A stretch of DNA of 64,000 nucleotides from a virus. Made by a program: the position numbers and the translations under genes. The stretch lies in IMG/VR virus record IMGVR_UViG_3300044858_003017, one strand, 5' to 3'. How positions within the stretch are numbered: position 1 is the first letter of the stretch; each line of letters begins with the position of its first letter. Shown piece by piece: positions 38,556-47,236 of the stretch. The notes beneath the pieces were generated by a model. The model worked only from the letters and a program-made list of their open reading frames with translations, was not told the origin of the DNA and ran no database searches.

Positions 38556-39406
38556 TAATGAACTCCTTTTAATTCTTTAATTAAATCAAAATATCGCAAT
38601 AAAGAAAGTACATGTGATTCTTTAATTGATTTCATATTTTCTACAGTGCATAACATTTCAGAAAGTTTTTTAACTTTAATTTTTGTAGCTTTATCTGTAA
38701 TCAAATTTGATTGTTCAGCCAATTGTTTTTTAATTGACGGAATAATTTTTTCTATATATTCGCGCAACGCAACCGTATCATTTACATTGGTAATATACTT
38801 GTTTAAAAGTTGTTTTTGTGATTCATCTAATCCAGAATATTTTTCATTAAACTTATCAACAAGCAATTTATACGTTATTAATCGTACATCTTTTGGTTGT
38901 GATTCAAACTGTTCAATAATTGGATCTTTATATTCTTTTTTTCGTTCTGCAATTAAGGTATTATGTATAATAGCATTTTTGCATTCCATAATTTGTTTTG
39001 GATTATCGGTTTCATCATATTCAAACAACATGGAAACTGATGCTAATGTTTTATAATTAGAAATATGAATTTTTGCCATATTTTCAAAAACAAATTTGTC
39101 TGAAATTTCTTTTACTAAATTATATTTTTGTCGTTTTAATATGCTCTGATTTAATTTACTATGAGTATTTTTTATACTACGTATATAATCTAATGCTTGT
39201 GCTTCACTTTTAAACTGATGTTCTTTTAGTAATGCATTATATAATTGCAATTCTTTTGATAATTCCGTATTTTTACCAAAGTATTTTTTGATAATATCAA
39301 CAGTTATTGTTTTATCAGAAGACAATGTTTCAGAAGTCAATTTTCGAACCAAAATCTCAAAAAGAAGACCGGTATTTTTATATTTCGAATGTTTGAGCTT
39401 TTTCAT
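38555..39406 (-). CDS. Hypothetical protein downstream of the portal
   Basis: KHSKYKNTGLLFE start; late motif at 39434..39441. Confidence 0.75.
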   Translation of the reverse strand: MKKLKHSKYKNTGLLFEILVRKLTSETLSSDKTITVDIIKKYFGKNTELSKELQLYNALLKEHQFKSEAQALDYIRSIKNTHSKLNQSILKRQKYNLVKEISDKFVFENMAKIHISNYKTLASVSMLFEYDETDNPKQIMECKNAIIHNTLIAERKKEYKDPIIEQFESQPKDVRLITYKLLVDKFNEKYSGLDESQKQLLNKYITNVNDTVALREYIEKIIPSIKKQLAEQSNLITDKATKIKVKKLSEMLCTVENMKSIKESHVLSLLRYFDLIKELKGVH

Positions 39407-39449
39407 TAGTCCTTTTCAGTATTCGTTTTTTTAATAAATATGTTTAGTT

Positions 39450-41291
39450 TTATAAAATATTAGTTTCGTCCAACATAGTACCAGAATCTGAATTATCATC
39501 AATTGATTTAGATTTCAATGATTCTATTAATATTTTGGGTGATTTTGTTTTTAAATATTTTAAAATATCATGATTTTCTGCTGCAATGTTATTAACTGTT
39601 TTTGTTTTTACAAATGCCGGGTCTGGTTGGAATGCTGTTTTTTGATTTTCTGGACGAAATGCTTGATCTAATTCCTTTTTACCCGTAGGATCCCATCCAA
39701 ATTCATTTTTATGTTGTCCAAATTTGATTCCTTCTTTTGGACGACCTCCTTGATCTTTTTCTTCTACCTCATCAGATGACATATGAATTGATGCTAAATC
39801 GTGTGGCGTGCCAAATGATACACCCGTTACAGCTGGATCATTTCCTTCTTGTTCAATTTGATTTTGACGGAATCTCAATTTAAGATCTTCAATAACATTG
39901 GTTCTTTCTTGCAACCATTGATCTTCTGACATATTAAATATAAACTCATATATGTATTTATCTGAAACTAATTTTGAATCTTTCATTGCAGTTGCAAGTG
40001 TCATCTTTTCAGTCATTAACGCAACTTTTTGTTGATCGTAAATAATTGATGGTGCTGTTAATTCTAATTCAAACCCAACTAAATCTTCACCTTCAAAACC
40101 TTGTGTATATAAATGTACAATTGCAATTTTATATAATTCCGATGTTACTATTTTTTGAATACGTTCAATTGTTCTAGCAAAACGAATATCCATTGATGCT
40201 AATGTTGTTTTGCCTTCTACTGCTTCTGCATATCCTAAAAATGGTTTAGGAATTTTAAGTGCAGCCATCATCTTATCTTTAATATAAGTAATATCATCCA
40301 TTCCGGTAAAAGTCATACCAGGTAATGTATCAATTGCAGTAGTTGAATTGCCTCCGCGAACTGGTAAATAATAATCTTCTAACATGTTATTAAGATTAAA
40401 TTTTAAATTGTAATTTCCAGTTTGTGGATCTACGTGTGGAATTTTTTTCATCTTATTGATAATTTGTTCCATAAATGTATCTACTTCATTTGGCGGAATA
40501 TTACCAATATCAATTTTAAAAATACGTTTTTCTGGAGCTCTCATGATGCGATGAATTAACATTGCATCCTCCATCATCATAAGTTTTTGAAATTCTTTTC
40601 GTGCACCTTCTAACATAGATCTACCATATGGTAAAAAATTAGAATCCGATAACATACGAAAATGTGCTATTTCGTATACATCATATGTTGCTTGTTGATT
40701 TGCAACATGTTTAAATGAAATTTTATATTGGCCAGTTGCTTCATCATATTCTTCCCAACGTTCAATTTCATAACTAGAAAATGGTCTTGCATTGATAATT
40801 CCAATTTCATCAGCAATATCCAATTTCAAAAAGAAATCTCCATATTTTGTCATGTTACGAATCCAAGTCCATAGATTGAATTCAATATTCAAAATATCAT
40901 AAAATAAATTATAAAGAATTTTTTGTATTTTAGTATTGTTCGTTTTAATAGTTAAAATATCTCCAAATTGATCTGCTAATGTAGATTCATCTGAATATAT
41001 ATCTAATGCCGAACTAATTATCGGATCGCGATCCATCATTTCATAATCAGCATAAAGCTGCATACGATTTTGATGCATATAATAGTTAGAATCATATCCA
41101 CCCATACCTCCTACACGATGTTTGTTTGCACCATGCAATCTAGTATATCTATCAGCTACTTTAGTTTGATTTAAATTACCAACAGATTGCAATCTATTAG
41201 TATCTACTATCTTAAGTTTATCTTTACCGTATGCACGAACAATCACGTTCGTAGCAAAAAGATTTTGTAATCGTTTTCTTAATGTTGGCAT
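39450..41291 (-). CDS. Portal protein (gp20-like)
   Basis: EDAMLIHRIMRAPEKRIFKIDIGN, EDYYLP.RG, IDTLPG. Confidence 0.95.
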   Translation of the reverse strand: MPTLRKRLQNLFATNVIVRAYGKDKLKIVDTNRLQSVGNLNQTKVADRYTRLHGANKHRVGGMGGYDSNYYMHQNRMQLYADYEMMDRDPIISSALDIYSDESTLADQFGDILTIKTNNTKIQKILYNLFYDILNIEFNLWTWIRNMTKYGDFFLKLDIADEIGIINARPFSSYEIERWEEYDEATGQYKISFKHVANQQATYDVYEIAHFRMLSDSNFLPYGRSMLEGARKEFQKLMMMEDAMLIHRIMRAPEKRIFKIDIGNIPPNEVDTFMEQIINKMKKIPHVDPQTGNYNLKFNLNNMLEDYYLPVRGGNSTTAIDTLPGMTFTGMDDITYIKDKMMAALKIPKPFLGYAEAVEGKTTLASMDIRFARTIERIQKIVTSELYKIAIVHLYTQGFEGEDLVGFELELTAPSIIYDQQKVALMTEKMTLATAMKDSKLVSDKYIYEFIFNMSEDQWLQERTNVIEDLKLRFRQNQIEQEGNDPAVTGVSFGTPHDLASIHMSSDEVEEKDQGGRPKEGIKFGQHKNEFGWDPTGKKELDQAFRPENQKTAFQPDPAFVKTKTVNNIAAENHDILKYLKTKSPKILIESLKSKSIDDNSDSGTMLDETNIL

Positions 41292-41339
41292 ATTTTTAAC
41301 TATTTTAATATAAATATAACTAGTTGTAGAACTGCGATG

Positions 41340-42917
41340 TTAACGTATCAACCACGTTAAATCTTCATCATTGTGACCATTATTCCAAGTCCATCCATCA
41401 GCTGAATTTGAAGGTCGACCTGTATATATTTTAGTTTCTGTTTTTTGAAATTGTGAAAGTGCACGTTTATGCAATTCAATTCCTTGTTGTCGCAATTTAA
41501 GCGATGTATCTCGTAACCATAATCCAATACAAAATGCCATAACGAGGTCATCATTATATCCACCTTGTGATTGTGCTTTACCATTTAACCAAACAAATAC
41601 AAATAATTCTTGTATTAATCGTTTAGAACGAATTACCGGAGTTCGTTCTCGCATATACATTTCAAGTGCTGATATCATTAATGGACGTGTACGTGAGGTT
41701 GTAGATACGCCAGGGACCATTTGAGTCTTATCCTTCATATCATAACCTTTTTTAAGTTGTACATCTATATCAACATATCCATCATCTTTATATGTATAAA
41801 ATAAATTTTCATATCCTCGGTCTAACGCCGGTTGTATTGCTGCCCAACCAATATTGGCATTTTCAATTGCTAGTAATGCATTGTTCCATTCTGTTGCAAC
41901 TGACACAAGCATATTACCAAAATCCTTAGGTGGCATTTTTCCTTTGTATTCGGCAACTTGCGATACATTTTCTACATCGATAACATGAAAAGTAGACCAG
42001 TCAGCACCATCACCTCGAGCGACGTCAGCTACTACTATATAATTTTTTTCATAGTTTGGATATTCCCAAATCCAATAGCCGTTATCAAAGCCTCTACGTT
42101 CAATTGGTTCGCTACATTTATTTTCATAATCTAGCAGTATAGCCCCATCTATTACAGTATGACCAGATGAAATAAAGTCGCAATCACATTCTTGTGCTGC
42201 ACCTCGTTCTCCTAACAATTGAGTTTGTTCATCTCGCCATTGCTGATCGCGGTCTGGGTGTACGGTCCAATGTAGTTTAATTGTATGAAATCCATTAATT
42301 TCTTGCTCAGCTTCTGACCATACCGAATGAAACCAATTACCAACACCATTTGGTGTAGACAATACGATAGCACCACCACCCGTTGATAATGTTGCTTGCG
42401 ATGCTATCCAAATTTCTTCAATGTTTCGAATGAATGCGGCCTCATCTATAATTAGCAACGATAATGCTTCTGAACGTGCTCCTGTGGTTGCGGATGAAAC
42501 TGCTTTAATTTGTGAGCCATTTTTAAATTTTAAGGAAAGCTTATTATCTGCTTCAATATTTCCTTTTAACCAACTAGGTAAATTGTCATGCATTACCCGT
42601 ACTTTTGTTACTAAGTTTTTTGCTACTTCTTGAGTTGTTGCAATAACAAGTACGTTAAAATCTTCTTTGAATAACATGCTCCAAAGAGCAAAGCCAGCTG
42701 ATAATGTTGATATACCTAACTGACGAGACTTTAATATTACATTGTAACGATTATCTCGTAATTCAGTTAATGTATCTTCCTGGAAAGGATATAAATTAAA
42801 TTTAATCTTACCACGTTTAGGATGTTGTATATAACAATATTGTCGCATAAAAAAAACAGGATCTTTAGCACACATCGTGTACTGCTGTTGTATAATCTGT
42901 TTTATATTTTGTGACAT
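41340..42917 (-). CDS. Terminase large subunit (gp17-like)
   Basis: LKSRQLGIST, IIDEAAF, LSTPNG, ADVARG, NDDLVMA. Confidence 0.95.
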   Translation of the reverse strand: MSQNIKQIIQQQYTMCAKDPVFFMRQYCYIQHPKRGKIKFNLYPFQEDTLTELRDNRYNVILKSRQLGISTLSAGFALWSMLFKEDFNVLVIATTQEVAKNLVTKVRVMHDNLPSWLKGNIEADNKLSLKFKNGSQIKAVSSATTGARSEALSLLIIDEAAFIRNIEEIWIASQATLSTGGGAIVLSTPNGVGNWFHSVWSEAEQEINGFHTIKLHWTVHPDRDQQWRDEQTQLLGERGAAQECDCDFISSGHTVIDGAILLDYENKCSEPIERRGFDNGYWIWEYPNYEKNYIVVADVARGDGADWSTFHVIDVENVSQVAEYKGKMPPKDFGNMLVSVATEWNNALLAIENANIGWAAIQPALDRGYENLFYTYKDDGYVDIDVQLKKGYDMKDKTQMVPGVSTTSRTRPLMISALEMYMRERTPVIRSKRLIQELFVFVWLNGKAQSQGGYNDDLVMAFCIGLWLRDTSLKLRQQGIELHKRALSQFQKTETKIYTGRPSNSADGWTWNNGHNDEDLTWLIR

Positions 42918-42918
42918 A

Positions 42919-43299
42919 TTATTTTAAGATTTCATTGATTAATATTCCAGATCCTAATGTTGTAAGTATTCCTGCAGTAAACCATAATCCCTTTGCTTCA
43001 TACCATTTTGGTTTAAGATATCGTTCTCTACGAATATATATTTCTACGTTTTCTTGCAATAGAGCAATTTGTTGATCTTTGTAACGTAATTGCAATGAAT
43101 CTAATTTAATTAATTCGTCATGCTGTTTTGATAATGTAATATACTTATCAATCAATGCATTGTTAATTGAATCTAATGCATATAATGAATCTAATGTATA
43201 TGAAATATCAACAATTTCTTGTTGCGTAAAACACGTATCAGGTTTTGTTTGTGTTAATGCAAATACCGGGAATAACAATATAACTAATAACTGTTTCAT
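42919..43299 (-). CDS. Membrane protein (signal peptide, coiled coil, C-terminal TM); spanin-like
   Basis: MKQLLVILLFPVFA; KWYEAKGLWFTAGILTTLGSGILI. Confidence 0.5.
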   Translation of the reverse strand: MKQLLVILLFPVFALTQTKPDTCFTQQEIVDISYTLDSLYALDSINNALIDKYITLSKQHDELIKLDSLQLRYKDQQIALLQENVEIYIRRERYLKPKWYEAKGLWFTAGILTTLGSGILINEILK

Positions 43300-43300
43300 A

Positions 43301-43648
43301 TTATTTTCTTGATTTACGTCCCCGACGTGTTTTGTTTAAAATATTTTGTTTTGCTTCTTCTACAGGTTTTTCTTCTACTTGTAGTTCTTCTTTAGCTGTT
43401 TGCAATTCTTCAATTTCTGTTTTAGTTTCTTGAATTTCTTCTTTTATTTCAACACGCTGTTCTTCAATAACTTCAGTTTTGCCTTGAAGTTGATCAATTT
43501 GTTGATTATTATCATCAATTTTTTTATCTAATTTTGTAACTTTCTTTTTATTGAGTTTATCGCTTACAAAAATAGCAGCAATGATTGCTAAAATTACTCC
43601 GGCAATTATTGCCCAATATTTTTTAATTGTTTTCATCTGATTCTCCAT
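43301..43648 (-). CDS. N-terminal TM plus coiled-coil protein; i-spanin-like
   Basis: YWAIIAGVILAIIAAIFV followed by heptads. Confidence 0.5.
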   Translation of the reverse strand: MENQMKTIKKYWAIIAGVILAIIAAIFVSDKLNKKKVTKLDKKIDDNNQQIDQLQGKTEVIEEQRVEIKEEIQETKTEIEELQTAKEELQVEEKPVEEAKQNILNKTRRGRKSRK

Positions 43649-44258
43649 TTAATCGTTTTATAAAATTTTCTTTGAATTTATCCCATTCTTTTTGTATTGT
43701 ATTTTCAAATTCCTCAGGCGTCATTTTTGCTGACCAAGTTTCTGTAACGCCTTCACTATTACTTACAAATTTCATTGATTCGGTATATGCTTGTTTTAAG
43801 AGTTCAACATCTCGTTCTGCATCACGTAACCATGCTAATGCATTTTCATGAATTTTATTGCGTTCGTATTCTTCATATGTTCCGGTATTTTTTAATTCAT
43901 GTTCCATTTCAATTACACAATCAAAACACATACCATGAATCTTTCTCATTTGTTGATCTAAATGATGCGTACCAACACATGTGCATACGTCTTTTCTACA
44001 ATTAGGAAATGCACGTAATTCATCTCTTATAGATTGAAAAATATCTGAATTTTTTGTTTTACGAATTCGAAAACCTTCACGCTGTTCTACAACATATACG
44101 TTTCCACTTGCATCAGTTTCTTCCCAAACATCACCAACTTCTCGATGTTCTGATTTGTTTTTTGCATCAGAAAACCCTACAGTTTTTTTGGTTTGAAACT
44201 TATGAGTGCCGTCCAACATTTGTTGAACAGCTTTAATGTTTTGTAACTTTTTTGACAT
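43623..44258 (-). CDS. Hypothetical Zn-binding protein
   Basis: C....C.C ... H.MCFDC; REVGDVWEE. Confidence 0.7.
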   Translation of the reverse strand: MSKKLQNIKAVQQMLDGTHKFQTKKTVGFSDAKNKSEHREVGDVWEETDASGNVYVVEQREGFRIRKTKNSDIFQSIRDELRAFPNCRKDVCTCVGTHHLDQQMRKIHGMCFDCVIEMEHELKNTGTYEEYERNKIHENALAWLRDAERDVELLKQAYTESMKFVSNSEGVTETWSAKMTPEEFENTIQKEWDKFKENFIKRLNGESDENN

Positions 44259-44264
44259 GTAACT

Positions 44265-45134
44265 TTATTTTTTATTTGTATGTTCTTGACCAAACTTTGC
44301 TAATTTTTTTGTAGTTGCAATTTTTATCATTTTATAAGTATTTGTAATATCAGCTGGGTCTAAATCTTTTGTAGCTAAATTAAGAACTTTTAATATATCT
44401 TTAACTTTAGCTATATTTCCATCTCGTTTATTTAAATGTTTAACAAATCGATCAACATCTAATGCTTGTTTTGTTTCTGGAGAAATTTCTTTTTCTGCTT
44501 CTTTTTCTGCATCTGGCTTAGCGGCAGCATCAGGTGCTGTAGCTTCTGGCGCTGGTGGTGCCGGTGTTGGAGCAGGTGGAGGTGTAGCAGGAGCTCCTGC
44601 AGGAGCAGGTGCGTCAGGTGCTGGTGCGTCTGCAGGCGGAGCATTCGGTGCTGGTGCTTCTGGCGCTGGCGCTTCAGGTGCTGGTGCTTCAGGTGCATCA
44701 GCTGGAGCAGGTTCGCCTTGCTCTTTTATTATTTTTGCAATTTTTCTGCGAACATATTCTCTAACTAATCGTTCGTGTTGTTCGCGAGTCAAATTTTCAA
44801 TTTTATCTTGTAATACATCTGCTGTTTCTTTTTCTTCAGTATCTTGTCGTTTTTTTAATCGTTTAGCAGCAGTCTTTGGATCATAATCGCCATCTTCAAT
44901 ATCTTTATATAAACGATCATCATCATTATATGTTGGATACATTTTACCGTCATCTTGCATTTGTTTGTCTCGCTTACGCAAAACATTATGTTGCATATCT
45001 CCAGTAGTTTTAGGATTCATTCCGCCTTTTTTATCATCTGCGGTATAATCTTTAAGATCTTTTCTTAGTTTTGGTTTTTGAGACTTCTCAAAATCTTTCG
45101 GTGTTTTATACTTGCTTTTATGTCGTTCAGCCAT
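44265..45134 (-). CDS. Probable head protein with Pro/Ala-rich linker (start taken at MAERHK)
   Basis: LVRE...IIKE sites, APEAP repeats; late motif at 45154..45161. Confidence 0.65.
   Translation of the reverse strand: MAERHKSKYKTPKDFEKSQKPKLRKDLKDYTADDKKGGMNPKTTGDMQHNVLRKRDKQMQDDGKMYPTYNDDDRLYKDIEDGDYDPKTAAKRLKKRQDTEEKETADVLQDKIENLTREQHERLVREYVRRKIAKIIKEQGEPAPADAPEAPAPEAPAPEAPAPNAPPADAPAPDAPAPAGAPATPPPAPTPAPPAPEATAPDAAAKPDAEKEAEKEISPETKQALDVDRFVKHLNKRDGNIAKVKDILKVLNLATKDLDPADITNTYKMIKIATTKKLAKFGQEHTNKK
44515..44715 (-). repeat. GC-rich low-complexity coding repeat (PAPEA/PAPDA)
   Basis: imperfect 15-nt units such as ggtgctggtgcttca. Confidence 0.85.
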
Positions 45135-45162
45135 AATTCTTTCCAATTTTAATATAAATATA

Positions 45163-47214
45163 TCATCGTGCGTATTTCAATACTCCTAGTATCTGATTAA
45201 CAGGTGCAAATGCTCCGGTAAGCTTGTATGTATTTCCGCCATATGTAAATACAACACCCTCCGAAGGAACAATTTGATCAAATCCACCTAATCGTTCAAT
45301 GCGTTTAAGTTCTAATTCTAATTTTGCAACGGTTGATGGATTTGGATTGGTTTGCAATTCTCTAATAAGTTCAGCTAATTCTTGTTTAATTGTTTGTACT
45401 GTTTTTGATGGATTTGCTGCTAAGAAATTTTCTGCATTTTTTAATGCTACTGCTCCTAACCGTAAAAATAACGTTTCAAACGGTTCCATGTTTTGTTTGT
45501 AATATCGTTTGAATTCATTTTTGTCAAATTCTTGAACCCAATTTAAGAATTCTGGATTTGTAATTTGTTTTTTAAGTGTGGTTATACTTTCCGACTTATC
45601 AAAGAACGCCCAACGATTTATTAATGCATTTAACACATTTTCTGGAATTTCATATCCCATTTTATCAGCTTGTGTTTTAATAACATCTTGCCACCACGCT
45701 TTATGATACTCAGCTATTTGATCTGTTTCTTTTAAACCGAACTTAGATCTAAGTTGATCAATTTCATTAAAGAATGCAGCTTGTTGATCTTCAAAATTAG
45801 ATATTTTACCAATTTTAATTTTTTGAGGTGGAATAAATGAAAATGTTTTTTGCATATGTGCATTTGCATCTTGAATAATTTGTTGAACCATTGCACCACC
45901 GGTTAAATCTGTTTCGACTATATTGCCTTGTTCATCATATTCAACTAAATTATGAAATTGCAAATGTGCTTTATCATATGATATAACATTTTTAGTTGCA
46001 GGATAAATAATTTCCATGTTTGCAAATACTCGACCATTTTTAAATATTTGTGCTAATCTATCTGCAGGTATACGTTGCAATGATTCTGTTAAATCTTCAG
46101 CACAAGCTTGATATGCATCTACTACTCGTTGATAATTTACTCCCGCTTCAGCTCCTTTTTCTGCTATAGCTTTTTGTTGTTTGCGTTGGAAATCAGCAAT
46201 TAATTCTGCAGGAGTCATTGGATTAATAATAGTTCCTTTGCCGCGAGCAAATCCGGGTTGACCATTTTTCCAAGTAACTTGAATGTTTTGACCATCGGTT
46301 TTTTCTGTAACTGCAGCTTCAATATCTAAACGCCCTTCTAATGCACGAGATACTATTTCTTTCATATCATTAAAAGTTAATCCATGATCATCCCATGGGT
46401 GTGCCATATGTCCAGCTGCGCCACCTTCCATTAATTTTGCACCATATACAGTTTTTGGAAATTTATCAAAATCATATACAAATGATCTATCATCTTGTTT
46501 ATCTAAAAATTTGTTTAATTTATTGATCTTATTTTTATGTCGACGTGTTTCTGCATTGTTCATTGTAGCAGCAAACATTTCATCAACTTCTTCTTGTAAT
46601 TGTTTTGCCCACCATTCTTTTGAAAACAATGCTTCTTGTAATCCCGTTGCAATTTGCCATGCATTTTTTACAACTGCATCTTTAAATTGAGGATATGATG
46701 CACGAAATGTTTCATAATCTCGATCTGCAATTGATTGTCGTACCGTAGTTGCTGATATCGGCATTCCGTTTGCATATGTTTCTGGATCTACATCAATACT
46801 TAATTCTGTTGCATCAATTCCCATTGGAATTTTACGTCCTTTTTTGTCACCAATCGTTGCATATTTATCTACATTGGGTACAAAAGCTTTTGCTCTAACA
46901 TAATCATCTCCTTTGGTAGATGCTGCCATTGCATAACGTCCTTTTGCATCAGATGGCAAATCAAACAAATATTCGTATGCTGCAACAATTGGTGAATTGT
47001 GTTGTGTAGGTTGAATAATGATATCAGGATTATCATTAAGTAAATTAAACATTTCAATGCTTTGTTCTCTAGTAATACCGTCTCTAGAATTTGGTCCAAT
47101 TAATATTATTACTCGACCTACTTGCGGAGATTCTGCATATCGTTGTGCTAATGCTAAATGAGCTCCTGTTAATGGTTTAAATCCACCGGGAAATAAAACT
47201 GTTATTTTATTCAT
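45163..47214 (-). CDS. Fusion of a cytidylyltransferase/NMNAT-like domain and an RNA-ligase-like nucleotidyltransferase domain (start taken at MNKITVL)
   Basis: PGGFKPLTGAH ... ISATTVR; GGAAGHMAHP, TEKTDGQN, EGVVF, YKLTG.F; late motif at 47230..47237. Confidence 0.7.
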   Translation of the reverse strand: MNKITVLFPGGFKPLTGAHLALAQRYAESPQVGRVIILIGPNSRDGITREQSIEMFNLLNDNPDIIIQPTQHNSPIVAAYEYLFDLPSDAKGRYAMAASTKGDDYVRAKAFVPNVDKYATIGDKKGRKIPMGIDATELSIDVDPETYANGMPISATTVRQSIADRDYETFRASYPQFKDAVVKNAWQIATGLQEALFSKEWWAKQLQEEVDEMFAATMNNAETRRHKNKINKLNKFLDKQDDRSFVYDFDKFPKTVYGAKLMEGGAAGHMAHPWDDHGLTFNDMKEIVSRALEGRLDIEAAVTEKTDGQNIQVTWKNGQPGFARGKGTIINPMTPAELIADFQRKQQKAIAEKGAEAGVNYQRVVDAYQACAEDLTESLQRIPADRLAQIFKNGRVFANMEIIYPATKNVISYDKAHLQFHNLVEYDEQGNIVETDLTGGAMVQQIIQDANAHMQKTFSFIPPQKIKIGKISNFEDQQAAFFNEIDQLRSKFGLKETDQIAEYHKAWWQDVIKTQADKMGYEIPENVLNALINRWAFFDKSESITTLKKQITNPEFLNWVQEFDKNEFKRYYKQNMEPFETLFLRLGAVALKNAENFLAANPSKTVQTIKQELAELIRELQTNPNPSTVAKLELELKRIERLGGFDQIVPSEGVVFTYGGNTYKLTGAFAPVNQILGVLKYAR

Positions 47215-47236
47215 TATGTTCCGTTTTATATAAATA

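Noticed and set aside
43623-44258. Terminase small subunit call
   Set aside because: Only positional support; no recognisable motif
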